A stretch of DNA of 63,171 nt, the filler included. It is 7 parts of 7 records of this genome, joined end to end, with 100 filler letters (N's around TTAATTAATTAA, not from the genome) between each part and the next. Parts side by side here need not be neighbours in the genome. Positions count along the whole stretch, not along the records: positions 8,940 to 18,113 come from SRR31156797_58363; positions 18,214 to 25,893 come from SRR31156797_58400; 5 more parts are not named here. The stretch is one strand, 5' to 3'. This document shows positions 9,966 to 20,684 of this stretch, piece by piece; the first letter of the stretch is position 1, and each line of letters begins with the position of its first letter. The translations under genes were made by a program, and so were the position numbers. Under the pieces are notes generated by a model, which saw only the letters and a program-made list of their open reading frames with translations, was not told the DNA's origin and searched no databases.

Positions 9966-11048
9966 ATGAATCTGCAGTCGTGGCACCATTCAATGATGAC
10001 CGGCAAAGGGTGGATCAGCAGGTTTTTCCGAGCGATCACAACCCCTGTTTCACTCGCGTATGGCCTGCTCATCCGCTTCCGGAACGTTCGATATAATCGA
10101 AATCCCAAACGGACACAGCATGTACCGGTCCCCGTGATCAGTATTGGAAATATCACAACTGGAGGCACCGGAAAAACGCCACTGGTAATCTATATCCTCC
10201 ACTGGTTAACGAACTCCGGACGACACCCGGCTGTCGTCTCGCGTGGCTACAAAGCTGAGCCCGGACAGGAAGCCGATGAACTGCGGTTGATCTGGCATCA
10301 TGCGCCAGACACAATCTGTGTTGCGAATCCGAATCGCGTTGCCGGAGCCATAGACGCAATAGAGCACCAGCAGGCCAATGCAGTCGTTCTGGACGACGGA
10401 TTCCAGCATCGAAGAATCGCTCGGGATCTTGACATCGTTGTGATCGACTCCACCTGCCCATTCGGGCATGGCTCGGTGTTGCCGAAAGGACTGCTGAGAG
10501 AACCGCTTGATTCTCTCAGCAGGGCTGATCTGATCATCCTGTCCCGTGTTGACCAGACAAACGATTCAAATGCCATTGAAGCAACAATTGCACGCTATGC
10601 TCCGGAAATCCCCATACTCCGATGCGTCCATAAGTCAACCGGCATGTTCGATGCAACAGGAACAGCCCATCACGCACCCCACGGGAAAGCGTTTGCATTC
10701 GCGGCCATCGGAAACCCCGAATCATTCAGAAAAACCCTGATCAAAGAAGGCGTTGATCTGGTGGGGACACATTGGCTTCCCGACCATCATGCATACTCGA
10801 AAACCGATCTGTTCTCCCTGATCCATACCGCTCGAAATACTGGAGCATCCTTCCTTGTCACAACAGAGAAAGACATCGTAAAATTAACGGACTTTGTCAG
10901 TGAGGCAGAACTGCCTGTGCTGGCACTGCGAATCGAAATCGAATTCAAAGGAGATGGCGCAAGCAGGCTGGGGCAAATCCTGTCGCAGACGTTGCAGAGA
11001 TCCGATTTCTCCGAACCACTGGATACTCCATCCACGCAGAGAGAATAA
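9966..11048 (+). CDS. lpxK: Tetraacyldisaccharide 4'-kinase
   Basis: Motifs VISIGNITTGGTGKTP, SRGY, LDDGFQH, PKGLLREP, PDHH, TTEKD. Confidence 0.95.
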   Translation: MNLQSWHHSMMTGKGWISRFFRAITTPVSLAYGLLIRFRNVRYNRNPKRTQHVPVPVISIGNITTGGTGKTPLVIYILHWLTNSGRHPAVVSRGYKAEPGQEADELRLIWHHAPDTICVANPNRVAGAIDAIEHQQANAVVLDDGFQHRRIARDLDIVVIDSTCPFGHGSVLPKGLLREPLDSLSRADLIILSRVDQTNDSNAIEATIARYAPEIPILRCVHKSTGMFDATGTAHHAPHGKAFAFAAIGNPESFRKTLIKEGVDLVGTHWLPDHHAYSKTDLFSLIHTARNTGASFLVTTEKDIVKLTDFVSEAELPVLALRIEIEFKGDGASRLGQILSQTLQRSDFSEPLDTPSTQRE

Positions 11049-11051
11049 ACC

Positions 11052-12023
11052 ATGGCAAGACGTACCTACCACCCTATCGATGCTTCCGCAATCAAAACCT
11101 ATTCCATTCAGAAGCGGCATCACAAAGCCTCGGCCGATCTGTCGGCAAAGATGACAGATCCGGGAGCGACGGCAATGCAATGGCTGGATTCCCTTCCGGG
11201 TTATCTCGGGGCAAAATCGTTCCGATGTGTCGTGGATGCTGTCGTTTCAGCTGCCCGCGCCGAAAGGCCTGTCGTCCTCGCGATGGGCGCACATGTTGTG
11301 AAAGTAGGATGCTCTCCGATCATCATTGACCTGATCCGTCGCGGAATCGTCAAGGCTGTTTCCATCAATGGCGCATTTGCCATCCACGATGCGGAAATCG
11401 CATTCGGCGGAGCTACAAGTGAAGAGGTAGCGGAAACGATTCGGGACGGCTCTTTCGGAATGGTAACCGAAACACTGGACCTCTTCGGGAGAGTTCTCGA
11501 TGTTGCTGAAACCCGTCAATGCGGACTGGGCGAAGCAGTTGGACGGACCCTGTTGAATGAGAATCCTCCCAATGTTCAGCAGAGCGTACTGGCAGAAGCC
11601 TGCAAGGCAGGAATCCCGGTAGGCGTGCATGTAGCCGTTGGTACGGACACCATCCACATGTCGCACAAGGTCGACGGGAAACGCCTTGGCGAAGCCACCA
11701 TGCATGATTTCCGATTGATCTGTGATGTCGTGAGCGACCTTGGAGCTGCCACTCCCGAAGGCCCCGGTGGTGCATGGCTGAATATCGGCTCGACAGTACT
11801 GCTGCCCGAGGTCTTCCTGAAAGCCGTTTCAGTTGCCAGGAATCTGGGAGCTGATCTCGATGCGATGGTCACGGCCAATTTCGACATGCTGCGTCACTAC
11901 AGGCCCAAAGTGAATGTCGTTACCCGCCCGGTGGCTCCGGGCAATGGGCATGAAGTCATCGGTCATCACGAAATCCTGCTCCCCCTGCTCAGGCAGGCGG
12001 TGATTGACCAACTGGATTCATAA
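11052..12023 (+). CDS. Conserved hypothetical protein with deoxyhypusine-synthase-like motifs
   Basis: Motifs MGAHVVKVG, NGAFAIHDAE, GTDTIHM, GSTVLLPEVFLKA, GHHEILLPLL. Starts 3 nt after lpxK. Confidence 0.7.
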   Translation: MARRTYHPIDASAIKTYSIQKRHHKASADLSAKMTDPGATAMQWLDSLPGYLGAKSFRCVVDAVVSAARAERPVVLAMGAHVVKVGCSPIIIDLIRRGIVKAVSINGAFAIHDAEIAFGGATSEEVAETIRDGSFGMVTETLDLFGRVLDVAETRQCGLGEAVGRTLLNENPPNVQQSVLAEACKAGIPVGVHVAVGTDTIHMSHKVDGKRLGEATMHDFRLICDVVSDLGAATPEGPGGAWLNIGSTVLLPEVFLKAVSVARNLGADLDAMVTANFDMLRHYRPKVNVVTRPVAPGNGHEVIGHHEILLPLLRQAVIDQLDS

Positions 12024-12052
12024 CTCCCGGGAAAAGAAAACGAACAGGCATC

Positions 12053-13207
12053 CTACCTGGCTTTCCGCACCTTGACGCGCCAATCTCGATTCAACTCCTG
12101 AATGGCCGTTGAGAGATTTGTTGCAACCGTCGGGGAAGCGGTCAGTACCGCAGATTTTTTCCCCGTCTGGGAAAGCTCGATCAGGGAAGCTGCACGAGAC
12201 GATTCAACATCCATCTTGCCGTCTTCCCCAATGTCAAACTCACGCAGGGCAGAGTATTTCTTGAACACGATTCGCCTGTCCGTCAGGACGAGGCCTGCTA
12301 CGCCTGCCTCTGAATGGGAGAAATCACGATCGGCAAAGAATCCTTTGAACTCCTCACCATCCATCGGCTTGAACCATTGGGAAATCTTTGCACGAACAGC
12401 GAAAGGCAAAGCTGTCCAGTGATCGTTTCGCTGCCTCTGGCTTGCCTTCTTGATGATTTCGTAGGAACGCGTATTCTTCCCACCGTTGTTCGCATAAAAA
12501 TCCAGGGCAATGGTCAGATTGGATATGGCGATCTGGCAGAATTCCCGATCCTTGTGGCGCAGGATGTGACAGGTAACAGTACCGATGGAACTGCAATCAT
12601 TGCACACGTAGTACGGCAATGGCAAACTGAAAGGCCTCTGGAGCATGTCTACCTCATCGAGGTAGTCAAACCACTTGGAACCGAACTGATCCTGCATGGA
12701 GGATAGCCGGCGGACCATCTTCATCTCCGCTTCACGAGCGCGGAGCGCCTCTTTGCCAGGCAGTTTTTCAGACCAGATCAGCACATGAACATTCAGTCCA
12801 TCTTTCCGAAGGCAGTTTGTGCATCGCATCGGAAATGACATGCGAAGCCCACGATCTTCCAGCTTGAAGGATGGAAATTCAAAGTATGCACCGATTTCAT
12901 CAATCCTGTCAAATCGAATTCGCGGCGTTTCCGGAATATCCGGACGAGCGGGAGAAGCGGTTTTTCGCGCAGCTTTTCGTGTCGGAGAATCAATGATCGC
13001 AGTGGATCCCATGACACTTTCGCCGGCCGGGTCACCATCCATGAGCCAGCCAAAGATCGTATCCTCGTCAATCGGCTGATCCACGCTCAACTTGAACCGC
13101 TGACCGCATTTCCGGCATAATGCATGGTGCCCGAGCCGGGACTGGGGAACTCGGTATTTCTGCTGGCATTTGGGACAGGCAATGACATTCTGCTGGTCAG
13201 CATTCAT
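12053..13207 (-). CDS. Hypothetical protein with N-terminal zinc ribbon and C-terminal PH-like region
   Basis: CPKCQQKY...CRKCGQRF, plus CTNC and CNDC. GLVLTDRRIVF near the C terminus resembles bacterial PH domains. Confidence 0.65.
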   Translation of the reverse strand: MNADQQNVIACPKCQQKYRVPQSRLGHHALCRKCGQRFKLSVDQPIDEDTIFGWLMDGDPAGESVMGSTAIIDSPTRKAARKTASPARPDIPETPRIRFDRIDEIGAYFEFPSFKLEDRGLRMSFPMRCTNCLRKDGLNVHVLIWSEKLPGKEALRAREAEMKMVRRLSSMQDQFGSKWFDYLDEVDMLQRPFSLPLPYYVCNDCSSIGTVTCHILRHKDREFCQIAISNLTIALDFYANNGGKNTRSYEIIKKASQRQRNDHWTALPFAVRAKISQWFKPMDGEEFKGFFADRDFSHSEAGVAGLVLTDRRIVFKKYSALREFDIGEDGKMDVESSRAASLIELSQTGKKSAVLTASPTVATNLSTAIQELNRDWRVKVRKAR

Positions 13208-13427
13208 GATGGGTCGCCTCGCATTTCAACTACCACTGCGTAAAGAATTGATAAATTAATAATAGAGGATCTGAATATTTGCGTCAAGAAAATCCCACAA
13301 TTGTTGTTTCGCTTTTAAATATTTAAAAGGGGTTTCATCGAAAAAAACAACAGCAGCCTACCCTGTTTTTGGCACTTTTTATTGGAATTCTTAACAGGAT
13401 GAGTTGTACATACAGGCTGAAGGAGGC

Positions 13428-14786
13428 TCACGAAGCGCAACGTTTCTGATACTCATCGATCTCCTCAGATAGTTCGACAGCATCGTCAGCGTTCATTTGT
13501 TCTATCAACTCCGGCGTTTTTTCAAGCAACTCGTCTATTTGCCTGACACATATTTCAAAGCTGTTCAGTTCAAACAGCAGCTCCGCGATGTCGGCTCCCG
13601 GCACATCTTTACATGCGACCGCTTCAATCAGGACCAGGTATGCGTCATCCCTCTGTCTGCCATCCCCAAGTGCAAAAACGATCGCGGCGGTTACAGCTCG
13701 CTGAGACCAATCATCGAGTTGCAGGGATTGCTGTATTTCAATCTCGATATCTTCACTTCCGTAAATCGGAATGAAAAACCGCATCCCACTTCGCACATGA
13801 TATGGATATTCCCCTGCATCGCGCTGGATCATGACTAGAAGAAGGGTCTTCTTTAAAGGAATATCGTAATGCTCCAATGCCTGGCATGCCCAGATCGCCA
13901 TCATATCCTTGCGGATCGCTATGTTGAGAACCTCTCCTATCTCAGGCCAGGTCTTCTCGGATGCATGATTCCGTATGATACCCATCAGAATATGCTGCTC
14001 AGTGGGGTGAAGAGAAGCATAATGAGAAGCGATCCAGAGACGTACTTCTTCGTGCTCATCCATCATCTTCAGCAGAGAGATGACAGCATGAGTATGCTCC
14101 AACCTCATCCGGGCGACCCGGGAAAGTCTTTCTGAAAACCGCTTAGCAATCGAAACTTCACTTCGTTCCACCTCTGCGGGGGCTTCGCCTATCCTCGTGT
14201 CAGCAATCGTTCGGTAATACGGAAGAATCGTGTAACCGGCAGCGCCAAGAATAATCGGAATCATGATCAGAGGTGCCATGATATTCCAGGGGATGATATC
14301 CAGCACCATGCTGAAGCTCCCCCTGGGTTTCCTGATCTCAACTGGTAATCTGCATTCCGGACAGATGCCGGAATCCTCATCAGACAATTCATGTTCACAA
14401 TGACGACAGATTCTTTCTTCTGCCTGATTTCCTTTTCGCAACCGTCTTTTCAGCATGAGTCCTGACAGAAGCAATAGAATCCCGCACACCCACGTCGGCA
14501 TCCCGACCTGCAGAGAAGCCGGCTTCTTCCAGATGACACACTCAAACGTTTCCCACTCAGCAGCCCAGAGCCGCTGTCGGACATCTACGTCTGGTGATCC
14601 CAGGAGTATCCGACACCAGAACGTATCCGGCCCCCATCCCCCTTGAAACGGTCCAATCTCAAAGATATCCCACCAGGTTGCAGAAATTCGCCCTCCACCC
14701 AGGGTATCAACGCCCCCAACCAGCAGAAAAACTGCACCGCTGCACAGCAAGAAAAGTACCATCAGGATGAGCAGGAATCGCCTCAT
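13428..14786 (-). CDS. Hypothetical membrane protein with zinc ribbon and helical C terminus
   Basis: Long ORF with about three hydrophobic segments and CRHC...CPEC. Confidence 0.6.
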   Translation of the reverse strand: MRRFLLILMVLFLLCSGAVFLLVGGVDTLGGGRISATWWDIFEIGPFQGGWGPDTFWCRILLGSPDVDVRQRLWAAEWETFECVIWKKPASLQVGMPTWVCGILLLLSGLMLKRRLRKGNQAEERICRHCEHELSDEDSGICPECRLPVEIRKPRGSFSMVLDIIPWNIMAPLIMIPIILGAAGYTILPYYRTIADTRIGEAPAEVERSEVSIAKRFSERLSRVARMRLEHTHAVISLLKMMDEHEEVRLWIASHYASLHPTEQHILMGIIRNHASEKTWPEIGEVLNIAIRKDMMAIWACQALEHYDIPLKKTLLLVMIQRDAGEYPYHVRSGMRFFIPIYGSEDIEIEIQQSLQLDDWSQRAVTAAIVFALGDGRQRDDAYLVLIEAVACKDVPGADIAELLFELNSFEICVRQIDELLEKTPELIEQMNADDAVELSEEIDEYQKRCAS

Positions 14787-15295
14787 ATGTAATAACACTC
14801 AAGATCTCTGATTCTGAGAGCTATATGATGATGCATAAGTCTGGACTTGTCGAATAACTTTCTGTGAGAGCTCATGAGAGAAGGCTTTCATAGTGGTCAG
14901 TCTACTCCTCTTACGATTCTGCATTTACATCATTGGTACTGATCTGCCTCTGGTCCTGTTCCTGACGATCTCACCTCCTGCTCAACGTATGCTGAAAACG
15001 GTATGACTGTATTGATCTTTTCGTGAAAAACTCCCAACAAACTAAGTAGTAACACCTAGAAAAATCTCAAAAAAAGAGAAAAGTCCGAAAAACAGCACTT
15101 TAAAATGGAATCAGTCCCCGGTTTTGTTTATATTGTTATGCGTGACTTATGCATGATTCGCAGTTCGTTTCATGAGAGTACGGGATGAGGCACTGTCAAA
15201 TCCCACGTATCGTTCGCTTCAGGCTATATTCCAGAGAATGCCATCGGGTCGGCATTCATTACCATACTTCATTCTCTATCCAGGGGAGGACGGAA

Positions 15296-18088
15296 ATGAA
15301 AACCAGTCGCAAAATCATCGGTCTGTTCACTGCTCTGTTTACTCTTGTTTGTGTTCCATGTCTGGCGTCTGCCGCAACATGGCATGTAGCCGCCGATACA
15401 GCCCCGGGGGGCGACGGAACCTCGCTGGCAACAGCATTCGATACCATCCAGGCAGGCATCGACGCCGCCCTGGAAGGTGACGAAGTTCTGATCGCCGATG
15501 GAATCTACACGGGCGATGGTAACCGCGACATCTCGTTCGATGGCAAAGCAATCACAGTCCGTAGTGAAAATGGTCCAGAGAATTGCATTGTAGATTGCGA
15601 AAGCATGGCTCCCGAAATCTATCGAGGATTTATCTTCTCAGATGACGAAACGCAATCCTCCGTGCTAGATGGTCTGACCATCCGCAACGGCAGCGCACCG
15701 AGTGTTATTATTCCTCCAGGTATACCTTACAGCTACGGTGGAGGAATCTTCTGCGACGCAGCCAGCCCTACGGTCCAGAACTGCATCCTGGAAAACAATC
15801 AAGCTAGCGACGCTGGTGGTCAGCCATTCGGCGGTGGCCTCTGCGTTAAAAATGGATCCCCGCTTATCGAAAGATGCACATTCCTCTCAAACGAATCGAG
15901 ACATGCCGGTGGAGGTTTTGCAGCAATCAGTTCCTCTGTAACGATCAAGGACTGCAAATTCTACCAGAATGTTGCATGGAACGCCTTCGGAGCCGAAGGA
16001 GGTGGGCTTTACGTTGAAGACTCGACAGCAACGATTACAAATTGTGCTTTCGTCGCGAACCTTGCACGAGGTGTATATTCCGGTGATGGTGGAGGTCTTT
16101 ATTTCGAGACTGACTGCTCAGCGACAATGACAAACTGCACGATCACCCGAAATGAATCGGAATCATGCTGTACTACTTGCGCTGGTGTTTGTGGTTCGGT
16201 AAACATCAATCTGATTAATTGTATCGTGTGGGATAACCGCACACATCGAGTACCCAGCAAAACCGGACGAGGATCAAGTCCATACATAGCAACCTATTCA
16301 TGCAATGATGAAGGGATAGCTGGCGAAGGGAACATCTACACCGCCCCATTGTTTGTCCGAAACCCAGATGATGGCGGTGATGGATGGGATGATCTGTCCT
16401 ACACACCTGAAGATGAGTCCGCCAACAACGACTATGGCGATTTGCGACTCCAGCAAGGATCCCCCTGCCTTGATGCTGGGAACAACTATGCAGTTCCTGC
16501 AGATGCAACAACTGATCTTGACGGCAATCCCCGATTCAAAGACAACATCGCTGAGGATACCGGACTGGGCACTGCACCGATTGTTGACATGGGAGCCTAT
16601 GAAAACCAGACGCGTACTCTCCTCGTCAATGCTGAAGGAACCGGCGACTATGCCACGATCCAGGCAGCCATCAATGCAGCAAACGATGGAGACGTCGTTC
16701 TCTGTGCGGATGGCACCTATACCGGCGATGGCAACCGGGACATCTCGTTTAACGGCAAAGCGATTACCCTCATGAGTGAAAACGGTCCGGAGACCTGCAT
16801 TATTGACTGTCAGACCAGCAACGAGAATCCTCATCGAGGTTTCCGGTTTGCCAGCGGTGAAACGGAAGACTCCATTCTGGATGGTTTCACAATCACCAAC
16901 GGCGGTGCTCCCGAGGAAGACCCGGAAGACATCGGCGTATTCAGTTCCCACGGTGGCGCAGTCTATCTGCATGAAGCCAGCCCCATGATCCGAAACTGCC
17001 GGTTTGTCCGCTGCACAACTTCGCCAACCCAGATCGGTCTTCCCATCGCGGGCGGATACGGTGGAGGTGTCTCCTGCAATTCATCCAATGCAGTGTTTGA
17101 AAACTGCGAATTCTCCAATTGCAACGCAGACAAAGGTGGCGGCCTCTACGTTCATGACGACAATCCTGTTTTCAACAACTGCCAGTTCCTTGCAAACGAA
17201 TGCCGTATCTATACTTTGGGCATGGCATTCTCCCGAGGGGCAGCGATCATGGTCGATTCAGATACTCGTCCTTTGCTGACTTATTGCAAAATCATTGGTA
17301 ACAGTGTCATTGGCATCAATTCGTACGGCAGCAGCATTTACGGGGAAGAATTCTCGACTATCGAAATGGCGAACTCTGTCATTTCTGGCAACGCCGGGCC
17401 GATGAATACCATGGGTAACCTGAAAGCGATGAACACAACGTTCATCGACAATCGAATTGGAGATTTTACAACCACGAAGGAGATTTACGCACAAGGAATT
17501 CTTGCCCTGGCTAATTGCATTGTCTGGGGACATCCCGACAATCCGGACAGTCCAATCGCTCATCATGAAGATGCGCTTCTCGAGATAGCCTATTGTAATA
17601 TCCAGAATGGATGGTTTGGCGAAGGCAACATTGATGCCCAGCCTTTGATGGTCCGCCTTTCAGATCACGGTGGTGACGGCTGGTTCGACATTCCGAGTAC
17701 TACCTGGTTAGACGAATCCGAAAACAACGACTACGGCGATTTTCGACTTCAGCCGGGTTCACCTTGTATCGATTCCGGAAACAGCGACTTTTACAACTAT
17801 TTTGAACCCTTTGGCGAAGTCGACCTCGGCGGTCTTCCACGTTTCATGGATGACCCATACACCATCGATACCGGTGCAGGAACTCCCCCGATCATCGACA
17901 TGGGAGCCTACGAATACGATCCGACAAACGGCGACTTTGATCGCGATGGTGACGTCGATCTGCAGGACATCGCAGGTTTCCTGACCTGCTTCGGCACCGA
18001 CGACCAGGACTGCCTGACCACCTTCGACTTTGATTCCGATCAGGACATCGACCTCGACGACTACATGCTCTTTGAGCAACTGATGTAA
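15296..18088 (+). CDS. Secreted right-handed beta-helix repeat protein, two tandem modules, C-terminal dockerin/EF-hand-like domain
   Basis: Signal peptide; GGG/FxxN repeats. TIQAxIxAA...GDGNRDISFxGKAIT and LQxGSPCxDxG...DMGAYE each occur twice. Tail has DFDRDGDVDLQD and DFDSDQDIDLDD. GGAGG RBS. Confidence 0.88.
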   Translation: MKTSRKIIGLFTALFTLVCVPCLASAATWHVAADTAPGGDGTSLATAFDTIQAGIDAALEGDEVLIADGIYTGDGNRDISFDGKAITVRSENGPENCIVDCESMAPEIYRGFIFSDDETQSSVLDGLTIRNGSAPSVIIPPGIPYSYGGGIFCDAASPTVQNCILENNQASDAGGQPFGGGLCVKNGSPLIERCTFLSNESRHAGGGFAAISSSVTIKDCKFYQNVAWNAFGAEGGGLYVEDSTATITNCAFVANLARGVYSGDGGGLYFETDCSATMTNCTITRNESESCCTTCAGVCGSVNINLINCIVWDNRTHRVPSKTGRGSSPYIATYSCNDEGIAGEGNIYTAPLFVRNPDDGGDGWDDLSYTPEDESANNDYGDLRLQQGSPCLDAGNNYAVPADATTDLDGNPRFKDNIAEDTGLGTAPIVDMGAYENQTRTLLVNAEGTGDYATIQAAINAANDGDVVLCADGTYTGDGNRDISFNGKAITLMSENGPETCIIDCQTSNENPHRGFRFASGETEDSILDGFTITNGGAPEEDPEDIGVFSSHGGAVYLHEASPMIRNCRFVRCTTSPTQIGLPIAGGYGGGVSCNSSNAVFENCEFSNCNADKGGGLYVHDDNPVFNNCQFLANECRIYTLGMAFSRGAAIMVDSDTRPLLTYCKIIGNSVIGINSYGSSIYGEEFSTIEMANSVISGNAGPMNTMGNLKAMNTTFIDNRIGDFTTTKEIYAQGILALANCIVWGHPDNPDSPIAHHEDALLEIAYCNIQNGWFGEGNIDAQPLMVRLSDHGGDGWFDIPSTTWLDESENNDYGDFRLQPGSPCIDSGNSDFYNYFEPFGEVDLGGLPRFMDDPYTIDTGAGTPPIIDMGAYEYDPTNGDFDRDGDVDLQDIAGFLTCFGTDDQDCLTTFDFDSDQDIDLDDYMLFEQLM

Positions 18089-18113
18089 ACGTCCGGTGAA
18101 GTCCATCTTCCAT

Positions 18114-18213
18114 NNNNNNNNNNNNNNNNNNNNNNNNNNNNNNNNNNNNNNNNNNNNTTAATTAATTAANNNNNNNNNNNNNNNNNNNNNNNNNNNNNNN
18201 NNNNNNNNNNNNN
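18114..18213. other. Artificial contig linker
   Basis: N44-TTAATTAATTAA-N44. Confidence 0.98.
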
Positions 18214-18259
18214 AAAAGCAAAGCCAATCAAAGCCAATTTCCACCGGCCGAAATCCCCT

Positions 18260-18328
18260 GTAGGGGTGGACCACCGTGTCCACCCAACTCCTCGAGGAGA
18301 AGGGCAACCACGGGGGGATTGCCCCCAC
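18260..18328. repeat. Inverted pair of GTAG-type REP-like palindromes
   Basis: GTAGGGGTGGACCACCGTGTCCACCC on + and GTGGGGGCAATCCCCCCGTGGTTGCCC on -. Each is GTRG followed by an imperfect palindrome. Confidence 0.65.
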
Positions 18329-18419
18329 TTTGGGGTTGCCTGGAGGGCGTCGAGGCGGGTAGATTCTGGGGACATCCGGCTATTCGATCTTTCTCAGGTG
18401 CTGTGAAGGGGACGAAGCT

Positions 18420-20642
18420 ATGAAGAAGACGCGATTCATTTCGATCTGCACGCTATTGACCGCCCTGCTGCCTGGCACTGCTTGCCAGACCGAAACGGCG
18501 CGGGCCCAAGCCGACCCGACCGCGGGGATGGCGTTTCGCGATCCGAGTTTGTCGATCGATGAGCGGGCGGCGGATCTGGTCGGGCGGATGACGCTGGGCG
18601 AGAAGGTTTCGCAGATGATGTATGACAGCCCGGCCATCGAGCGGCTGGGCGTTCCGGCGTACAACTGGTGGAACGAGTGCCTGCACGGCGTGGCCCGGGC
18701 CGGACGGGCGACGGTGTTCCCGCAGGCGATCGGCATGGCCGCGACCTTCGACGACGAGATGCTGCTACGCGTCTCGACGGCCATCTCGGACGAGGCGCGG
18801 GCCATGTACCACGCGGCCATCGCCAAGGACTACCGGCTGCGCTACGGCGGGCTGACCTTCTGGACCCCGAACGTCAACATCTTCCGCGACCCGCGCTGGG
18901 GCCGGGGCCAGGAGACCTACGGCGAAGATCCGTACCTGATGAGCGTCATGGGCACCGCCATCGTCAAAGGCCTCCAGGGCGACCATCCGCGCTACCTCAA
19001 GGCCGCGGCCTGTGCCAAGCACTACGCCGTGCACAGCGGGCCGGAAGAGCTGCGGCACGTCTTCAACGCCGTCGCCGGCCCCAAGGATATGTACGAGACG
19101 TATCTGCCCGCCTTCAAGGCACTGGTCGATGCGGACGTCGAGGCGGTGATGTGCGCGTACAATCGCACCAACGACGAGCCCTGTTGCGCCAGCAAGACGC
19201 TGCTGGGCGAGATCCTGCGGAGGCAATGGGGCTTCGAAGGACACATCCTCTCGGACTGCTGGGCGCTGGTCGATCTGCACGATGGGCACAAAGTCACGAG
19301 CACCCCGGCCGAGTCGGCGGCGATGGCGATCAATCACGGTGTCAGTCTCAACTGCGGGAGCACGTTTCCCCATCTCGTCGAAGCGGTGGAGAAAGGGCTG
19401 GTGACGGAAGAAACCATCGATAAGGCGCTGAAGCTCCAGTTGCGGACGCGGTTCAAGCTCGGCATGTTCGACCCGCCCGAGATGAATCCGTACGCGAACA
19501 TCTCCCCCGACGTGATCCGCTGCGCCAAGCACCGGCAACTCGCCCGCGAGGCGGCGACCAAGTCCATCGTCCTGCTGAAGAACCGCAACAATGTTTTGCC
19601 TCTGAAGAAGGACATGCAGTATGTGTATGTCACCGGGCCCTGCGCGACGAGCGTCGATGCCCTGATGGCCAACTACTACGGCGTCAGCGACGAGATGGTG
19701 ACGATCCTCGAAGGCATCACGGGCAAGCTGGAGCCGGGCAGCTTCATTCAGTACAAGCAGGGCTTTCTGTTGGATCGCGAGAATATCAACCCGATCGACT
19801 GGACCACGGGCGACGCGAAGGCGGCCGATGCGATCGTGGTCGCGATGGGCATCACGGGCATGCTGGAGGGCGAAGAAGGCGAGTCGATCGCGTCGCCACA
19901 TAAAGGCGACCGGGAGGACATCGCCCTGCCGGCTAACCAGGTCAGCTTCCTGCGCAGGCTGCGCCAGGGCAACAGCAAGCCGATCATCGTCGTCCTAACA
20001 GCGGGCAGCCCGCTGGCGATTCCGGAGGTACACGAACTGGCCGACGCGGTGCTGTACGCGTGGTATCCGGGCGAGCAAGGGGGCCGGGCCGTGGCCGATC
20101 TGATCTTTGGCGACGTCGCACCGTCCGGGCGGCTGCCTCTGACGTTCCCGAAATCCCTCGACCAGTTGCCGCCGTACGCGGACTATTCGATGGAGGGCCG
20201 CACGTATCGCTACATGACCGAAGAACCGCTGTATCCCTTCGGGTTCGGACTCAGCTACACGCAGTTCGAGTATAGCGATCTGAAACTGGACCGCACCAAG
20301 ATTCAGAAAGGCGGCACGGCCCGCGCCACCGTGACGGTCCGGAACATTGGCTCGGTCGCCGGTGACGAGGTCGTGCAATTCTACCTGACCGACGTCGAAG
20401 CGTCGGTGCGGACACCAATCGCGGCGCTGAAGGGATTCCAGCGAATCGCCTTGAAGCCCGGACAACGGCGCAACGTCACGTTCGAGATCACGCCGGAGAT
20501 GATGTCACTCGTCGACGAAAATGGCGACAGCAGGCTCGAGCCTGGCCAGTTCCGAATCACTGTAGGTGGCTGCTCGCCTGGCACGCGAGGCCTCGAACTC
20601 GGCGCCGCCCAATCCGTCCAGGCAACGTTTGCTCTGCAATGA
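18420..20642 (+). CDS. Glycoside hydrolase family 3 (beta-xylosidase/glucosidase) with Fn3-like C terminus
   Basis: Motifs WNECLHGV, WTPNVNIFRDPRWGRGQETYGEDP, KHY, SDCW (nucleophile), EGEEG, YPFGFGLSYT. Confidence 0.95.
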   Translation: MKKTRFISICTLLTALLPGTACQTETARAQADPTAGMAFRDPSLSIDERAADLVGRMTLGEKVSQMMYDSPAIERLGVPAYNWWNECLHGVARAGRATVFPQAIGMAATFDDEMLLRVSTAISDEARAMYHAAIAKDYRLRYGGLTFWTPNVNIFRDPRWGRGQETYGEDPYLMSVMGTAIVKGLQGDHPRYLKAAACAKHYAVHSGPEELRHVFNAVAGPKDMYETYLPAFKALVDADVEAVMCAYNRTNDEPCCASKTLLGEILRRQWGFEGHILSDCWALVDLHDGHKVTSTPAESAAMAINHGVSLNCGSTFPHLVEAVEKGLVTEETIDKALKLQLRTRFKLGMFDPPEMNPYANISPDVIRCAKHRQLAREAATKSIVLLKNRNNVLPLKKDMQYVYVTGPCATSVDALMANYYGVSDEMVTILEGITGKLEPGSFIQYKQGFLLDRENINPIDWTTGDAKAADAIVVAMGITGMLEGEEGESIASPHKGDREDIALPANQVSFLRRLRQGNSKPIIVVLTAGSPLAIPEVHELADAVLYAWYPGEQGGRAVADLIFGDVAPSGRLPLTFPKSLDQLPPYADYSMEGRTYRYMTEEPLYPFGFGLSYTQFEYSDLKLDRTKIQKGGTARATVTVRNIGSVAGDEVVQFYLTDVEASVRTPIAALKGFQRIALKPGQRRNVTFEITPEMMSLVDENGDSRLEPGQFRITVGGCSPGTRGLELGAAQSVQATFALQ

Positions 20643-20684
20643 CGGTCCCGAGGGGAACGAGGTCTCGTGCTCTTTGACAAGACA

